Shown piece after piece: positions 38,612 through 47,905 of a stretch of DNA of 64,000 nucleotides. The stretch is taken from positions 9,953 through 73,952 of the forward strand of contig JAQUCT010000001.1 of the NCBI GenBank assembly GCA_028686075.1. The letters are read 5' to 3'. The notes beneath the pieces were generated by a model, which did not search any database, was not told where the DNA came from, and was given only the letters and a program-made list of their open reading frames with translations. The DNA is from Bacillota bacterium (GTDB taxonomy: Bacteria; Bacillota; Clostridia; Ch29). Made by a program: the position numbers and the translations under genes. The first letter of the stretch is position 1, and the number at the start of each line of letters is the position of its first letter.

Positions 38612-39448
38612 CTATTTGTTTAGTATTACCCTTCTGGGATATGGTATTTCTATGCCCTCTTTGTCAAGGGTTTCCTTTATTCCCTTTTTGAGTTCCCTTT
38701 CTACCCTCCACTGCTCCATAGCCTTTGTTTTTGCCCAAATTTTAAGCACCACCGAGGAATCCCCCAGGTCTGAAACCCCCAGCACTTTTGGTCCCTGCGT
38801 TAACTGGGGTTCGTTCTTCCTATACTCCCCAAAATACCCCTCTATGGCCTTAATGGCTTTGTCTATATCCTCCTCGTAGGCAACGCTTACGTCGAACAGC
38901 ACCCTCATATCGCCCCTGCTGTGGTTGGTTACATAGGACACGTTTCCATTGGGCACTATATGCAGGTCCCCGTTAAAACCCCTTATTTGGGTAATTCTTA
39001 TGCCTATATCCTCCACCACGCCTGAGTGCTTGTCCAGCGAAATATAGTCCCCTACGGCATATTGGTCCTCAAAGAGTATAAAAAATCCGGTTATTACATC
39101 TCGCACCAGGTTTTGCGCTCCAAACCCGATAGCAAGGCCTCCAATCCCGGCGGTAGCAAGGATGGAAGAAGCCGGTATCCCCATAATCGTAATTATCATT
39201 GTAAGCCCAATAAAATATAGGGTATAGGTAATTATGCTCCTTGTAAGGGCACTCATTGTCTTTATTTTCTTTATATCGTCAGCGAAACGGCTTTCTGCCT
39301 GTTTTTGATAAAATTTGTCCGAAAAAGCCCCTAAAATCCTAATGGAAGCTTTTACGGCAAATACCACGAGTATTATTTTTATTATATTCTGTCCAATGGC
39401 AATGAAAGAGACCCCATCAAAGTTTATGCTCTGTAAAAACTCAGACAT
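38612..39448 (-). CDS. Small-conductance mechanosensitive channel (MscS family)
   Basis: Three TM helices followed by an MscS beta-domain (VGDYISLDKHSGVVEDIGIRITQIR). Confidence 0.8.
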   Translation of the reverse strand: MSEFLQSINFDGVSFIAIGQNIIKIILVVFAVKASIRILGAFSDKFYQKQAESRFADDIKKIKTMSALTRSIITYTLYFIGLTMIITIMGIPASSILATAGIGGLAIGFGAQNLVRDVITGFFILFEDQYAVGDYISLDKHSGVVEDIGIRITQIRGFNGDLHIVPNGNVSYVTNHSRGDMRVLFDVSVAYEEDIDKAIKAIEGYFGEYRKNEPQLTQGPKVLGVSDLGDSSVVLKIWAKTKAMEQWRVERELKKGIKETLDKEGIEIPYPRRVILNK

Positions 39449-39465
39449 TTTCTTTTACTCCCCCT

Positions 39466-39732
39466 TTACAGCTCCTGCTCGATATAAACAGCCTTTCCCC
39501 CGACGCCGTCCACCCTGTACAGCCTTACCCTGTTTTTGGAAGAATCCACCAGGTCCCTAACCAGTTCAAGATTGCGTTCCAAGAACCTTATGGACAGCCC
39601 GCAGCTTGCATCTATATCCCTGGGGGTTGGGACCATCTCTCCCCCCAGTTCCCTTTGTTTCAACTGTTCCTCGACCCTTATGGCATGGTGCGTGGAATCA
39701 AACGCCAGAATATAGTATCCGTTTGTTTTCAT
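39466..39732 (-). CDS. DUF3343 family protein (putative Se/S carrier partner of YedF)
   Basis: 88 aa, conserved DUF3343 core (YYILAFDSTHHAIRVEEQL...PTPRDIDASCGLSIRF) with the invariant Cys. Confidence 0.7.
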   Translation of the reverse strand: MKTNGYYILAFDSTHHAIRVEEQLKQRELGGEMVPTPRDIDASCGLSIRFLERNLELVRDLVDSSKNRVRLYRVDGVGGKAVYIEQEL

Positions 39733-39744
39733 ATATACGCCTTT

Positions 39745-40374
39745 CTACAAAGCTATTGTATTTACTCCGTTGTTTAGTTTTTCGGCTATAGTATACATAT
39801 TGGAGACCTGGCCTACCGCAAGCCTTTCCTTTATACTGTAATAGTCAAGACAGGTCCCGCAGGATAATATTTCAACTCCCATTTTTTCCAATTCGAGAAG
39901 CGGTTTTAGGGCTTCGGAGCCTTCTATCGACAGGTTTACACCGCTGTTTATTAGTATTATTGTTTCGGGCAGCGGGCACACCTCTACCAACGTTTTAATA
40001 TACGCATTCATCAGTATCCGGCCCAGGGTTTTATCCCCCGTTCCAAGAATATCGCTGCCTATAAGGACTATAAGCCCATTTTTGCCCGCTACGTTTTCAA
40101 ACTGCGGGCCTTCAAGACCCTTCTCCTTTAATATGCTTATATGGTATTCGCCGCCGACCTCCTGCACGTCCACGCTGCAGGTCATGCTGGCCGCCAGTTT
40201 TTTTATGTTCTCCCGGGCGGTCTCGGAATTCACTATGGTTGTCACCCGTCCCTCCTCAATCTCGTCAAGGGCTTTTTTAGTAAGTATTACCGGCTGCGGA
40301 CAGTTTAATCCCCTTGCGTCTATCTGTTTTTCCAAAAGAAAACACCTCCTTATTTTTACGTTGACTATGGGCAA
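39745..40374 (-). CDS. yedF: Selenium-metabolism protein YedF (TusA-like domain fused to DsrE/YchN-like domain)
   Basis: TusA CPxP motif (RGLNCPQPVILTKKAL) followed by a DsrE-like domain. Confidence 0.7.
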   Translation of the reverse strand: MPIVNVKIRRCFLLEKQIDARGLNCPQPVILTKKALDEIEEGRVTTIVNSETARENIKKLAASMTCSVDVQEVGGEYHISILKEKGLEGPQFENVAGKNGLIVLIGSDILGTGDKTLGRILMNAYIKTLVEVCPLPETIILINSGVNLSIEGSEALKPLLELEKMGVEILSCGTCLDYYSIKERLAVGQVSNMYTIAEKLNNGVNTIAL

Positions 40375-41052
40375 CTATATATAGATTATCCTTGATACTA
40401 TTTCCATTGCCCATGGTACAATAAAATTATACCTGTAGAATAATACCGCTGTGGCCGATCCTTCTATGCCCTTCAAAAGCCATTGGGCGGGGAAAACAGC
40501 CGTTACCGGAATTATTAGTGCAAAGGTCAGCATCAGCCCCAGGACGCCCTTTAAAAAGCCCACCATAATACCTCCCAGCTTGTTGAACTGTTTCAACACC
40601 GGCAGAGCGGTTATGGAGTTCAAAAAGGCTATAATCAATATGAATGCCAGTCTTACGGCTAAGAATATTAATATAATGCTTAAAAGGGAGATTATTATGC
40701 CGCTTATTGCCTGAGCGATGCCCGCCATCACCGCATCACCTGTAACCGGTGCTGCATTGATAAACGGAAAAAGCTCTCCCAACTCCACGGGCAGTTCCCA
40801 ACCACCGGAACCGGTGTCCCGCAGCATGGGACTGCTCCCCTCCAGTCCTTTTAAAACGGCAATGTATATCCTTTCATACAGCACGGTACTGTCCCTCAGG
40901 TAACCGGCGAGGTCAACAAAATACAGCCGGGCAGCAATAATAGCCGTAACCAGCCCTACTATGTTCATAAGCGACAGTACAAACCCCTCCGAATATCCCC
41001 TTACAGTGGACACTATAAGAATCGCTATAATTACGCCATCTACCCAATTCAT
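40375..41052 (-). CDS. cvpA: CvpA-family membrane protein
   Basis: Multiple TM helices with the CvpA N-terminus (MNWVDGVIIAILIVSTVRGYSEG). ATG at 41052 follows RBS GGGGGGTG; the ORF-track start at 41070 reads through the RBS. Confidence 0.7.
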   Translation of the reverse strand: MNWVDGVIIAILIVSTVRGYSEGFVLSLMNIVGLVTAIIAARLYFVDLAGYLRDSTVLYERIYIAVLKGLEGSSPMLRDTGSGGWELPVELGELFPFINAAPVTGDAVMAGIAQAISGIIISLLSIILIFLAVRLAFILIIAFLNSITALPVLKQFNKLGGIMVGFLKGVLGLMLTFALIIPVTAVFPAQWLLKGIEGSATAVLFYRYNFIVPWAMEIVSRIIYI

Positions 41053-41066
41053 GCCTGCACCCCCCA

Positions 41067-42197
41067 TCATAACACGGATTCAAAGTATAATTTATCCGCC
41101 GAAATGTATGCAATAAAATTGTTCTCCAATAAATATACCGCCATCAGGTCACCGTCAAACTCTTTATCCGATGCTTCCCTGCCGTCTAAGGGCACTTTCT
41201 TAAGCCGCCTGCCCGAATAAATACCTATGCAGTACTGACCCTCCGTAAGTCCTGTAATCCTTTCATTGTGCCGGAACCGTCCCAATTGGTTACCTTCTCT
41301 GTCATACAGCACCGTTTCATCGGTACCACTCCCGGGTACACCGTTTCGGTAGTCATCGCTTAAATTAATCGCCGTTACGCCCTTATCGGTTAACAGAAGC
41401 CTTGTTATATACCCCTCAATCTCCCTCTGCCAGCGTATGTCCCCCCCTGTACTCAAACTCATAAGTGTTTCTTCCGTAAGAATAATAAGAGAATGCTCAT
41501 CGGCAAACCCTATTCCCATAACCAGACTGTCCCTGTAGCTTTTCGCCCATAGTATGGCACCGTCACTGTTATACAGAATAACGCTGCCGGTTATGCTTCC
41601 ATCCTTTACGCTGGCAGTAGACACCGCTGTAAAGGCCCCTTCGCGGGATACCGAAACCCCCGTCAATTCCGCGCCGTCTATTTGAAGATATGATATTTTA
41701 ATACCGCTTTGGTTAAAAACCTCCACTACCGCCTGTTCCCGCTGTCGTGATATTACCCATATATGCCTGCCGTCGGTGCCCATCCTTATAATACCGCTTG
41801 CCGGCGCAGTCTGCCACAAGTCTTGGCCCTGACCGTCAATTCCGTAAATAATCCCCTTTTCCATATCCGCTACTGCAATTATATCCTCAAGGGCCGCAAT
41901 AAAGGGCTCCTTTATGTCCATCCGCCTTTCCCATAACGTATCGCCGTCTCCGGCCTGGAGCTTAAGGGTTGTTCCCTGAAAACTCGCCAGTTTGCCGGAA
42001 AACACCGCAAACCCTTCCCGGGTTTCCCCGTTCGACTTGAAATCCGAAACCCTTATTAGATTGTTCGGGTTGAATTCCTTTTTTAACAAGGCCGAGTAGA
42101 AAAAGGGATAAGCCAAACATGTTATGACCACCGCTGCCAGTATAAGGAGAGCCAAGTATCCTCCTTTTTTTTCTCCCTTAAACCTTTTATATCTCAT
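41067..42197 (-). CDS. Membrane-anchored protein of unknown function with repeated beta-propeller-like segments
   Basis: N-terminal TM (YLALLILAAVVITCLAYPFF) then repeated D-G...LW/IW segments; start at 42197 (MRYKRFKG) has RBS AAAGGGG. No recognisable catalytic motif. Confidence 0.5.
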   Translation of the reverse strand: MRYKRFKGEKKGGYLALLILAAVVITCLAYPFFYSALLKKEFNPNNLIRVSDFKSNGETREGFAVFSGKLASFQGTTLKLQAGDGDTLWERRMDIKEPFIAALEDIIAVADMEKGIIYGIDGQGQDLWQTAPASGIIRMGTDGRHIWVISRQREQAVVEVFNQSGIKISYLQIDGAELTGVSVSREGAFTAVSTASVKDGSITGSVILYNSDGAILWAKSYRDSLVMGIGFADEHSLIILTEETLMSLSTGGDIRWQREIEGYITRLLLTDKGVTAINLSDDYRNGVPGSGTDETVLYDREGNQLGRFRHNERITGLTEGQYCIGIYSGRRLKKVPLDGREASDKEFDGDLMAVYLLENNFIAYISADKLYFESVL

Positions 42198-42398
42198 AAG
42201 GAAAAACCCCTTTAGTTCTTTCCTCATTTATTCTTTAACACCGCTGGAATTCCTTCCCCCTAAGGCAAATAGTACATAAATTTATATAGAGAATATTACC
42301 ATGTATTATTAACCTGCCTGCGGAAAAACTGTAGACTGTAATATTGCCGACCACTGCTAAATAAACTGTTATTAACAAAACTGACGGAGGATTAAACC

Positions 42399-43016
42399 AT
42401 GGCATTTCCCCCCCGAACTTACTATGCAACCGTTGATATAAGCACCGCCCTCCCCCTGTCCCGGTTCTCGGAGACCTTTTCCGACTGCTTCGGTTTGTGC
42501 TATAAAAGTGACAGGGACCCCGTTATTGTACTGTGTATCGGAACGGACAGGTCTACCGGCGACTGCCTTGGTCCCCTTGTAGGACATAAGCTTTCAGCGA
42601 TGCACAACAATAACCGTTTCCTTGTTTACGGAACCCTGGACAACCCGGTACACGCCAAGAACCTTAAGGAAACCCTTGCAGAAATCCGGGACCTTTATAC
42701 TAATCCCTTTACCATCGCTGTTGACGCGAGCCTAGGAACAATGGAAAGAATAGGACATATCACTATAGCTGAGGGCCCTTTAAGACCCGGTGCAGGAGTA
42801 AAAAAAACACTCCCCAGCGTTGGGGATATGCATGTAAGCGGAATTGTTAACTTTGGAGGTTTTATGGAATACCTTATTCTGCAGAACACACGATTAAGCC
42901 TTGTTATGAAAATGGCAAATATCATTTCTTCCGGTATACACTACAGCTTCCGGAAAACAACAAGCGGGTCCTCACCGGCCCGGTTTGTGCCGCAGGACAG
43001 ATGCGGCAGGGTATAA
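42399..43016 (+). CDS. yyaC: Sporulation protein YyaC (germination-protease-like)
   Basis: GPR/YyaC-type motif (LCIGTDRSTGDCLGPLVG); conserved location next to spo0J-soj in Bacillus. Confidence 0.7.
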   Translation: MAFPPRTYYATVDISTALPLSRFSETFSDCFGLCYKSDRDPVIVLCIGTDRSTGDCLGPLVGHKLSAMHNNNRFLVYGTLDNPVHAKNLKETLAEIRDLYTNPFTIAVDASLGTMERIGHITIAEGPLRPGAGVKKTLPSVGDMHVSGIVNFGGFMEYLILQNTRLSLVMKMANIISSGIHYSFRKTTSGSSPARFVPQDRCGRV

Positions 43017-43033
43017 ACTCAATCCGCCGTCCC

Positions 43034-43657
43034 TTATCTGTTAAACAGTTCCATAACTTCCTTGTCGGAGGTTTGATGAAAGTCCTCATAAAACATGCCG
43101 ACCGCATAAAAGGGATAGGGGCTTTCAAGGCATACAACACTGTCCACTATCTCCAGCAGTCCCTCCACGACATCGTCTGGGGCCACCGGTACCGCGATAA
43201 TTATCTCCGAGGCTCCCGATTTCTGAATAGATTTAATGGCCGCCTTTATTGTAAAACCTGTGGCTATACCGTCGTCCACCAGTATAACCCTTTTACCCTT
43301 TATTGATACCGGGGACCTGTCTCCCATATAAAGTTTCATTCTTCTTTTTATTTCGTTTATCTGGGCTTTCTTCTCCCTCTCTATGTATTCCTTGCTGACG
43401 TTAAGGTACATAACCATCTCCTCGTCCAGCAGCAGAGTTCCGTCCTGGGTAACCGCACCAATGGCAATCTCTCTATTAAAGGGAGCACCTAGTTTTTTTG
43501 GTATTATCAAATCCCACTCGCACTTTAATTCTTCCCTTATCGCATTGGCAACCAGTGCCCCTCCCCTTGGTACCGCCAGTATTACCACGCCTTCTCCCCG
43601 GTACTCTTTAAGGAAACCGGCCAGTTTAAGGCCTGCCGTCCTTCGGTTTTTAAACAT
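43034..43657 (-). CDS. Phosphoribosyltransferase family protein
   Basis: PRPP-binding motif VILVDDGIATGFT, 207 aa. Confidence 0.7.
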   Translation of the reverse strand: MFKNRRTAGLKLAGFLKEYRGEGVVILAVPRGGALVANAIREELKCEWDLIIPKKLGAPFNREIAIGAVTQDGTLLLDEEMVMYLNVSKEYIEREKKAQINEIKRRMKLYMGDRSPVSIKGKRVILVDDGIATGFTIKAAIKSIQKSGASEIIIAVPVAPDDVVEGLLEIVDSVVCLESPYPFYAVGMFYEDFHQTSDKEVMELFNR

Positions 43658-43667
43658 TATATACCCC

Positions 43668-43922
43668 CTAAAAAAGAGAACTGTAAACTCCCCTTTGTAA
43701 TATAGCTTCTATGTCTTCAACCGTCCTGCCCTTCCCGTCTATCATAAGCACTGCGGTATTATCGGAAAAATCCGCGTTGTGAAAGTCCCTGATACCGGTG
43801 TAGTATATACAAGCACTCACTCCGGTATGCGGCCTATAAAGGTCCACAACCTCATACCCTCTTTCCCTAAGACCCTCTATAAGGCTTTGAAACCTGCCGT
43901 CCACTGCAATGGTCTTTGCCAT
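43668..43922 (-). CDS. YkuS-like small protein (UPF0180)
   Basis: 84 aa, resembles YkuS family (…LRERGYEVVDL…). Confidence 0.5.
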   Translation of the reverse strand: MAKTIAVDGRFQSLIEGLRERGYEVVDLYRPHTGVSACIYYTGIRDFHNADFSDNTAVLMIDGKGRTVEDIEAILQRGVYSSLF

Positions 43923-43969
43923 AGCGACACCTCCAGGAGTATTTTCCTCCTGATGCGCCGCTTTTATTC

Positions 43970-44839
43970 TTAGGGTACTATAACAACTAGGCCTCCGGCT
44001 TGCAGTACCATATCCGCCGGACAGGGACCAATAATTTCTCCGTCAGAGTTTATATATCCACCCAGACATTCTATCCGTATTCTGGTTGTTCTGAAGTATT
44101 TCACCTCTGGCCGCAAAAGGTGCCTGCCCGAGTATATAATGGGGAAGAGTCTTAGTATCCTCAGCCTTCGCATGTCCTCCACCAGGCATACGTCAAACAG
44201 CCCGTCGTCCACCACGGCCCTGGGGGCTATTTTCATACCACCGCCGTAAAACATGCCGTTAGCCACCGCCACCAGTGCCGCCCGTTTCCTTATTATATTG
44301 TCCTTGGTCTCCAGCTCTATATCAAAGGCTTTATAACCGGTCAAAGCCTTAAAAACACCAAGGACATAGGCCAGGGGTCCCGGTATCCTTTTTTTAATTC
44401 TATTGGTTTCCATAACTACCTGAGTATCAAATCCGATACTGGCCACATTAACAAAGCGTTTTCCGTTCACTGTGCCGACATCCACCGTCCTGGTCCTGCC
44501 CTTAAGTATACAGTCCAGGGCCCCTTCAAAGTCCTGCGGTATCCGCAGAGTCCTAGAAAAGTCATTCCCCGAACCCGCCGGAATCACGCCCATAACAACG
44601 CTGATGCCGTCTAAACCGTTAACCACTTCATTGACTGTCCCGTCCCCTCCAACAGCTACCACAACATCACAGCCCTCCCGGACTGCCTCGGCGGTCTTTT
44701 CTACAGCGTCTCCCGGTCTATCGGTTATGTATATGGCGGCCTCATAACCCATGTCCTTTGTAGTCTGCTCTATCCGGGGAACATGTCTGGCGGCATTCTT
44801 TTTGCCCGCTACAGGATTTACAATATACCCAATCTTCAT
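43970..44839 (-). CDS. Diacylglycerol kinase catalytic-domain lipid kinase (YegS/DagK family)
   Basis: GGDGTVNEVVNGL and IPAGSGNDF motifs; ATG at 44839 (MKIGYIVNP) with a GGGG RBS. The ORF-track N-terminal extension is basic and low-complexity. Confidence 0.75.
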   Translation of the reverse strand: MKIGYIVNPVAGKKNAARHVPRIEQTTKDMGYEAAIYITDRPGDAVEKTAEAVREGCDVVVAVGGDGTVNEVVNGLDGISVVMGVIPAGSGNDFSRTLRIPQDFEGALDCILKGRTRTVDVGTVNGKRFVNVASIGFDTQVVMETNRIKKRIPGPLAYVLGVFKALTGYKAFDIELETKDNIIRKRAALVAVANGMFYGGGMKIAPRAVVDDGLFDVCLVEDMRRLRILRLFPIIYSGRHLLRPEVKYFRTTRIRIECLGGYINSDGEIIGPCPADMVLQAGGLVVIVP

Positions 44840-45255
44840 TAAGATACCCCCTACTGAATAGTTTTTTCCCCGCTTCCTCCTCTTCCTGCGGAGGGGGATA
44901 TCGGTTTTGGCCATTTTGTTTTTACGACATTAAGGCCGAACAAAAAAATAAGGCTACTATCCCGACGGCGCAAAGGACTATAATGGGAAGTGATTTGTCT
45001 GTATACATATTCTACACCGATAGACAATTTCCTTCTAACCTTCACCGGGTGGCCGCCAAAAATTATCCGCACTATTCATCCTCGTATTACCCGAAACCAT
45101 CTCCGGCACTTCATCAATTAGGAATATATAAGGGGTTTCGGCTGGAAATTGCGTATGCCTGGTATATACTTTGCCATATTATTATGCTAAACTATTATTA
45201 ATTACAGTAAATCGAACCATAATTGATATATAAAGTTCAACAAGGAGGGTGGATT

Positions 45256-46332
45256 GTGCAGCAGTACCAGAAATATACTGTATACTTTTTCAAGACCCTA
45301 TTCGTAATCGGAATAATACTTATTATATACCTGCTCATTAAAGAGCTGTTTGCCTATATTTTACCCTTTATAATAGCCTGGATAGTTGCTATGCTGATAA
45401 ACCCGGCTGTGGACCTCCTTAAAAAAAAGGCAAAGCTACCCCGGGGTTTTATTTCCATATGCTTTGTGCTTTTGTTTTACGCCCTTTTTACGCTTCTTGT
45501 TATTGTCGGAACCACGCGGCTTATTGTGGAGCTAAGCAATATGCTTGAACGTCTCCCGCAGTACGCCCTCACCCTAAGAGCTGCTGCTGAGGATATGATT
45601 TCCTACGGACAAAATATTTATATAAACCTACCACCGGAGACCACCGAACTGGTTAAATCCGGTATCATAAACCTGATAAATTCGTTAACGTCGGCAATTA
45701 GCGTGACAATTGGCAGGTCAATGAGCCTGCTGGCTATTTTCCCAAAAACTTTTCTGTTTGTAATAGTAATGATAATCTCTTCGTATATGATGAGCAAAGA
45801 CATGTATGAAATACGCGAGTTTTTTGTTTCACAGATTCCGGAGCCTGTATTAAACAGAATAAAAAGTGTCTATGACGACCTTTTGAAGGCACTGGGAGGG
45901 TTTATCCGGGCTCAGCTCACCATTATGGGCATAACATTCTTGATAACGATAACCGGCCTTCATCTCATAGGCGTTAACTACGCCCTAACAATGGCAATAT
46001 TCATCGGTGTGGTAGACGCTCTGCCCATTTTAGGCACGGGGTCTGTAATAATACCCTGGGCGATTATAAACATGTTCATGAACAACTACCCCATGACAAT
46101 TGCGCTACTGATACTCTACGGCGTTATAGTAGTAACAAGACAGATAATAGAGCCAAAAATAATGGGCAAAAACATAGGACTGCATCCGCTGGCAACGCTT
46201 ATATCACTGTATCTTGGAATGCGGATATTTGGCGTAATAGGACTGCTGCTAGGGCCACTCACTCTTATAATAATAAAGGCCCTACAGAAGACTATGATAC
46301 TCCCGAGGTGGAAAGAAAAAAAACAGTCCTAA
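45256..46332 (+). CDS. AI-2E family transporter (sporulation integral membrane protein YtvI-like)
   Basis: Eight TM helices with the AI-2E/PF01594 topology; GTG start at 45256 follows RBS AAGGAGGG. Confidence 0.7.
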   Translation: MQQYQKYTVYFFKTLFVIGIILIIYLLIKELFAYILPFIIAWIVAMLINPAVDLLKKKAKLPRGFISICFVLLFYALFTLLVIVGTTRLIVELSNMLERLPQYALTLRAAAEDMISYGQNIYINLPPETTELVKSGIINLINSLTSAISVTIGRSMSLLAIFPKTFLFVIVMIISSYMMSKDMYEIREFFVSQIPEPVLNRIKSVYDDLLKALGGFIRAQLTIMGITFLITITGLHLIGVNYALTMAIFIGVVDALPILGTGSVIIPWAIINMFMNNYPMTIALLILYGVIVVTRQIIEPKIMGKNIGLHPLATLISLYLGMRIFGVIGLLLGPLTLIIIKALQKTMILPRWKEKKQS

Positions 46333-46356
46333 TAGGCTTTGGTAAAAACCATCATC

Positions 46357-46451
46357 AGGCTTCATGAAACGAAAGCGCAAGCTTAAAATGGTTTAGCAAG
46401 GCACAAGTTCCCTCTAAAGCATTTTTGCATAAACGGGTATTCATGAAGCCT
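46357..46451. repeat. Intergenic repeat family 2, short copy (about 95 bp) between convergent genes
   Basis: aggcttcatgaaacgaaagcgcaagcttaaaatggtttagcaaggcacaagttccctctaaagcatttttgcataaacgggtattcatgaagcct; the terminal inverted repeats are identical to those of 12731..12932. Confidence 0.8.
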
Positions 46452-46461
46452 AATCTAAAAA

Positions 46462-47607
46462 TCACCTTAATTCCGAAGCAATCTCCTCCACTGCCTTAAT
46501 AGCGGCTTCAATATCCTCCCTGGTATTAAAAACCCCTACGCTAAACCTTATAGTTCCCTGTTCAAAAGTCCCTATCGTTCTGTGGGCAAGGGGAGCGCAG
46601 TGCAGCCCTGCACGGGTTGCAATATCGTAGGATTTGTCCAGTATATAACTTATCTCTCCAGAATCCCCGTCCAAAATATTTATAGAAACCACCCCGGCCT
46701 TAAGTTTTGAGTTTTTTGGCCCATATATTTTAACTCCGTCAATTTCCCCAAAACCCTCCAGCAGCATACCCGTCAGTTTCTCTTCGTGTTCTCTAACCGC
46801 GGCCGTCCCCCTGTCCAGTATAAAACCGACGCCTTCCCCAAGACCGACTATACCCGGCGTATTTGGCGTACCGCTTTCATACCTGTCCGGTGCTATGGCC
46901 GGCTGCACCAAATTTTCAGAATTGCTTCCGGTGCCACCTTCCTTCATCTGCATTACATCCAGCTCTTCGCTTATATACAGCCCCCCTGTTCCCTGGGGTC
47001 CCAATAGCCCTTTATGCCCGGGGAAGGCAAGCATATCTATATTCATTTCCTTCACGTCTAAATCATACACCCCCGCCGTTTGGGCAACATCCACCATAAA
47101 GGGTATTCCTTTTTTTTTGGCAACGGCTCCTATGTCCTTAATGGGCATAAGAGTCCCTGTTACATTGGAAGCATGAGTTACAACAATTAGGGCCGTGTTC
47201 TTTTTTATGGTCTTCTCAATATCCTCCGGGTCCAGTATCCCCCGAAAATCGCACCGAATGAAGGTGGTGTCTATTCCCTTTTCCTTAAGTGCCGTCAGAG
47301 GCCTTGCCACCGAGTTGTGCTCCATTGAACTGGTTATAACGTGGTCCCCGTACTTAAGCAGCCCCTTTATACCGAGGTTTAGGGATTCGGTGGCGTTGGA
47401 GGTAAACACTATCTGCATGGGATTGTCTATATTGAAAAGCATGCACAACCTCTCTCTGGTTCGGTAAAGGGCTCTTCCCGCCTCGAGGGCGAGCCTGTGT
47501 CCCGACCTGCCGGGATTGGCTCCGTACTGTCTCATGCACTTGTCCATTTCCACATAAACTCTTTCGGGTTTCGGGAAGCTAGTAGCTGCGTTATCAAGAT
47601 ATATCAT
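46462..47607 (-). CDS. Cysteine desulfurase family protein (aminotransferase class V, PLP-dependent)
   Basis: MIYLDNAATSFPKP N-terminus, PLP-lysine region (SAHKLGAP / FPGHKGLLGPQG), 381 aa from ATG 47607 with RBS AAGGAGAA. Confidence 0.8.
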   Translation of the reverse strand: MIYLDNAATSFPKPERVYVEMDKCMRQYGANPGRSGHRLALEAGRALYRTRERLCMLFNIDNPMQIVFTSNATESLNLGIKGLLKYGDHVITSSMEHNSVARPLTALKEKGIDTTFIRCDFRGILDPEDIEKTIKKNTALIVVTHASNVTGTLMPIKDIGAVAKKKGIPFMVDVAQTAGVYDLDVKEMNIDMLAFPGHKGLLGPQGTGGLYISEELDVMQMKEGGTGSNSENLVQPAIAPDRYESGTPNTPGIVGLGEGVGFILDRGTAAVREHEEKLTGMLLEGFGEIDGVKIYGPKNSKLKAGVVSINILDGDSGEISYILDKSYDIATRAGLHCAPLAHRTIGTFEQGTIRFSVGVFNTREDIEAAIKAVEEIASELR

Positions 47608-47889
47608 ATTTCGTTCTCCTTTCAGCGTTTCCCGGGGGAGTGTTTTGCATAAAACACTCCCCCAGTTTTCACATTGACACAATATATATTATGTCGCAGG
47701 CGAATAAATATCAACCCTCGCGTCGAACCCTTTGGTTGAGTTTTGCGGGCAATTCATACTGGCACATCCTTTGTGCATATTATAGATGCTTTACCCCCTA
47801 CCCTGATGCCCTCCGGCCCTATCCTTACATACACCGCCGAGGGCCTTCCCATACCAAACCCCTGTTCGTACGCAACCTCTCCCCTTTAA

Positions 47890-47905
47890 TGTTTCACGTG
47901 AAACA
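47890..47905. promoter_or_regulatory. parS centromere-like site (perfect palindrome TGTTTCACGTGAAACA)
   Basis: Exact 16-bp match to the Firmicutes parS consensus TGTTNCACGTGAAACA, located 1 bp downstream of the spo0J/parB stop codon. Confidence 0.85.
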
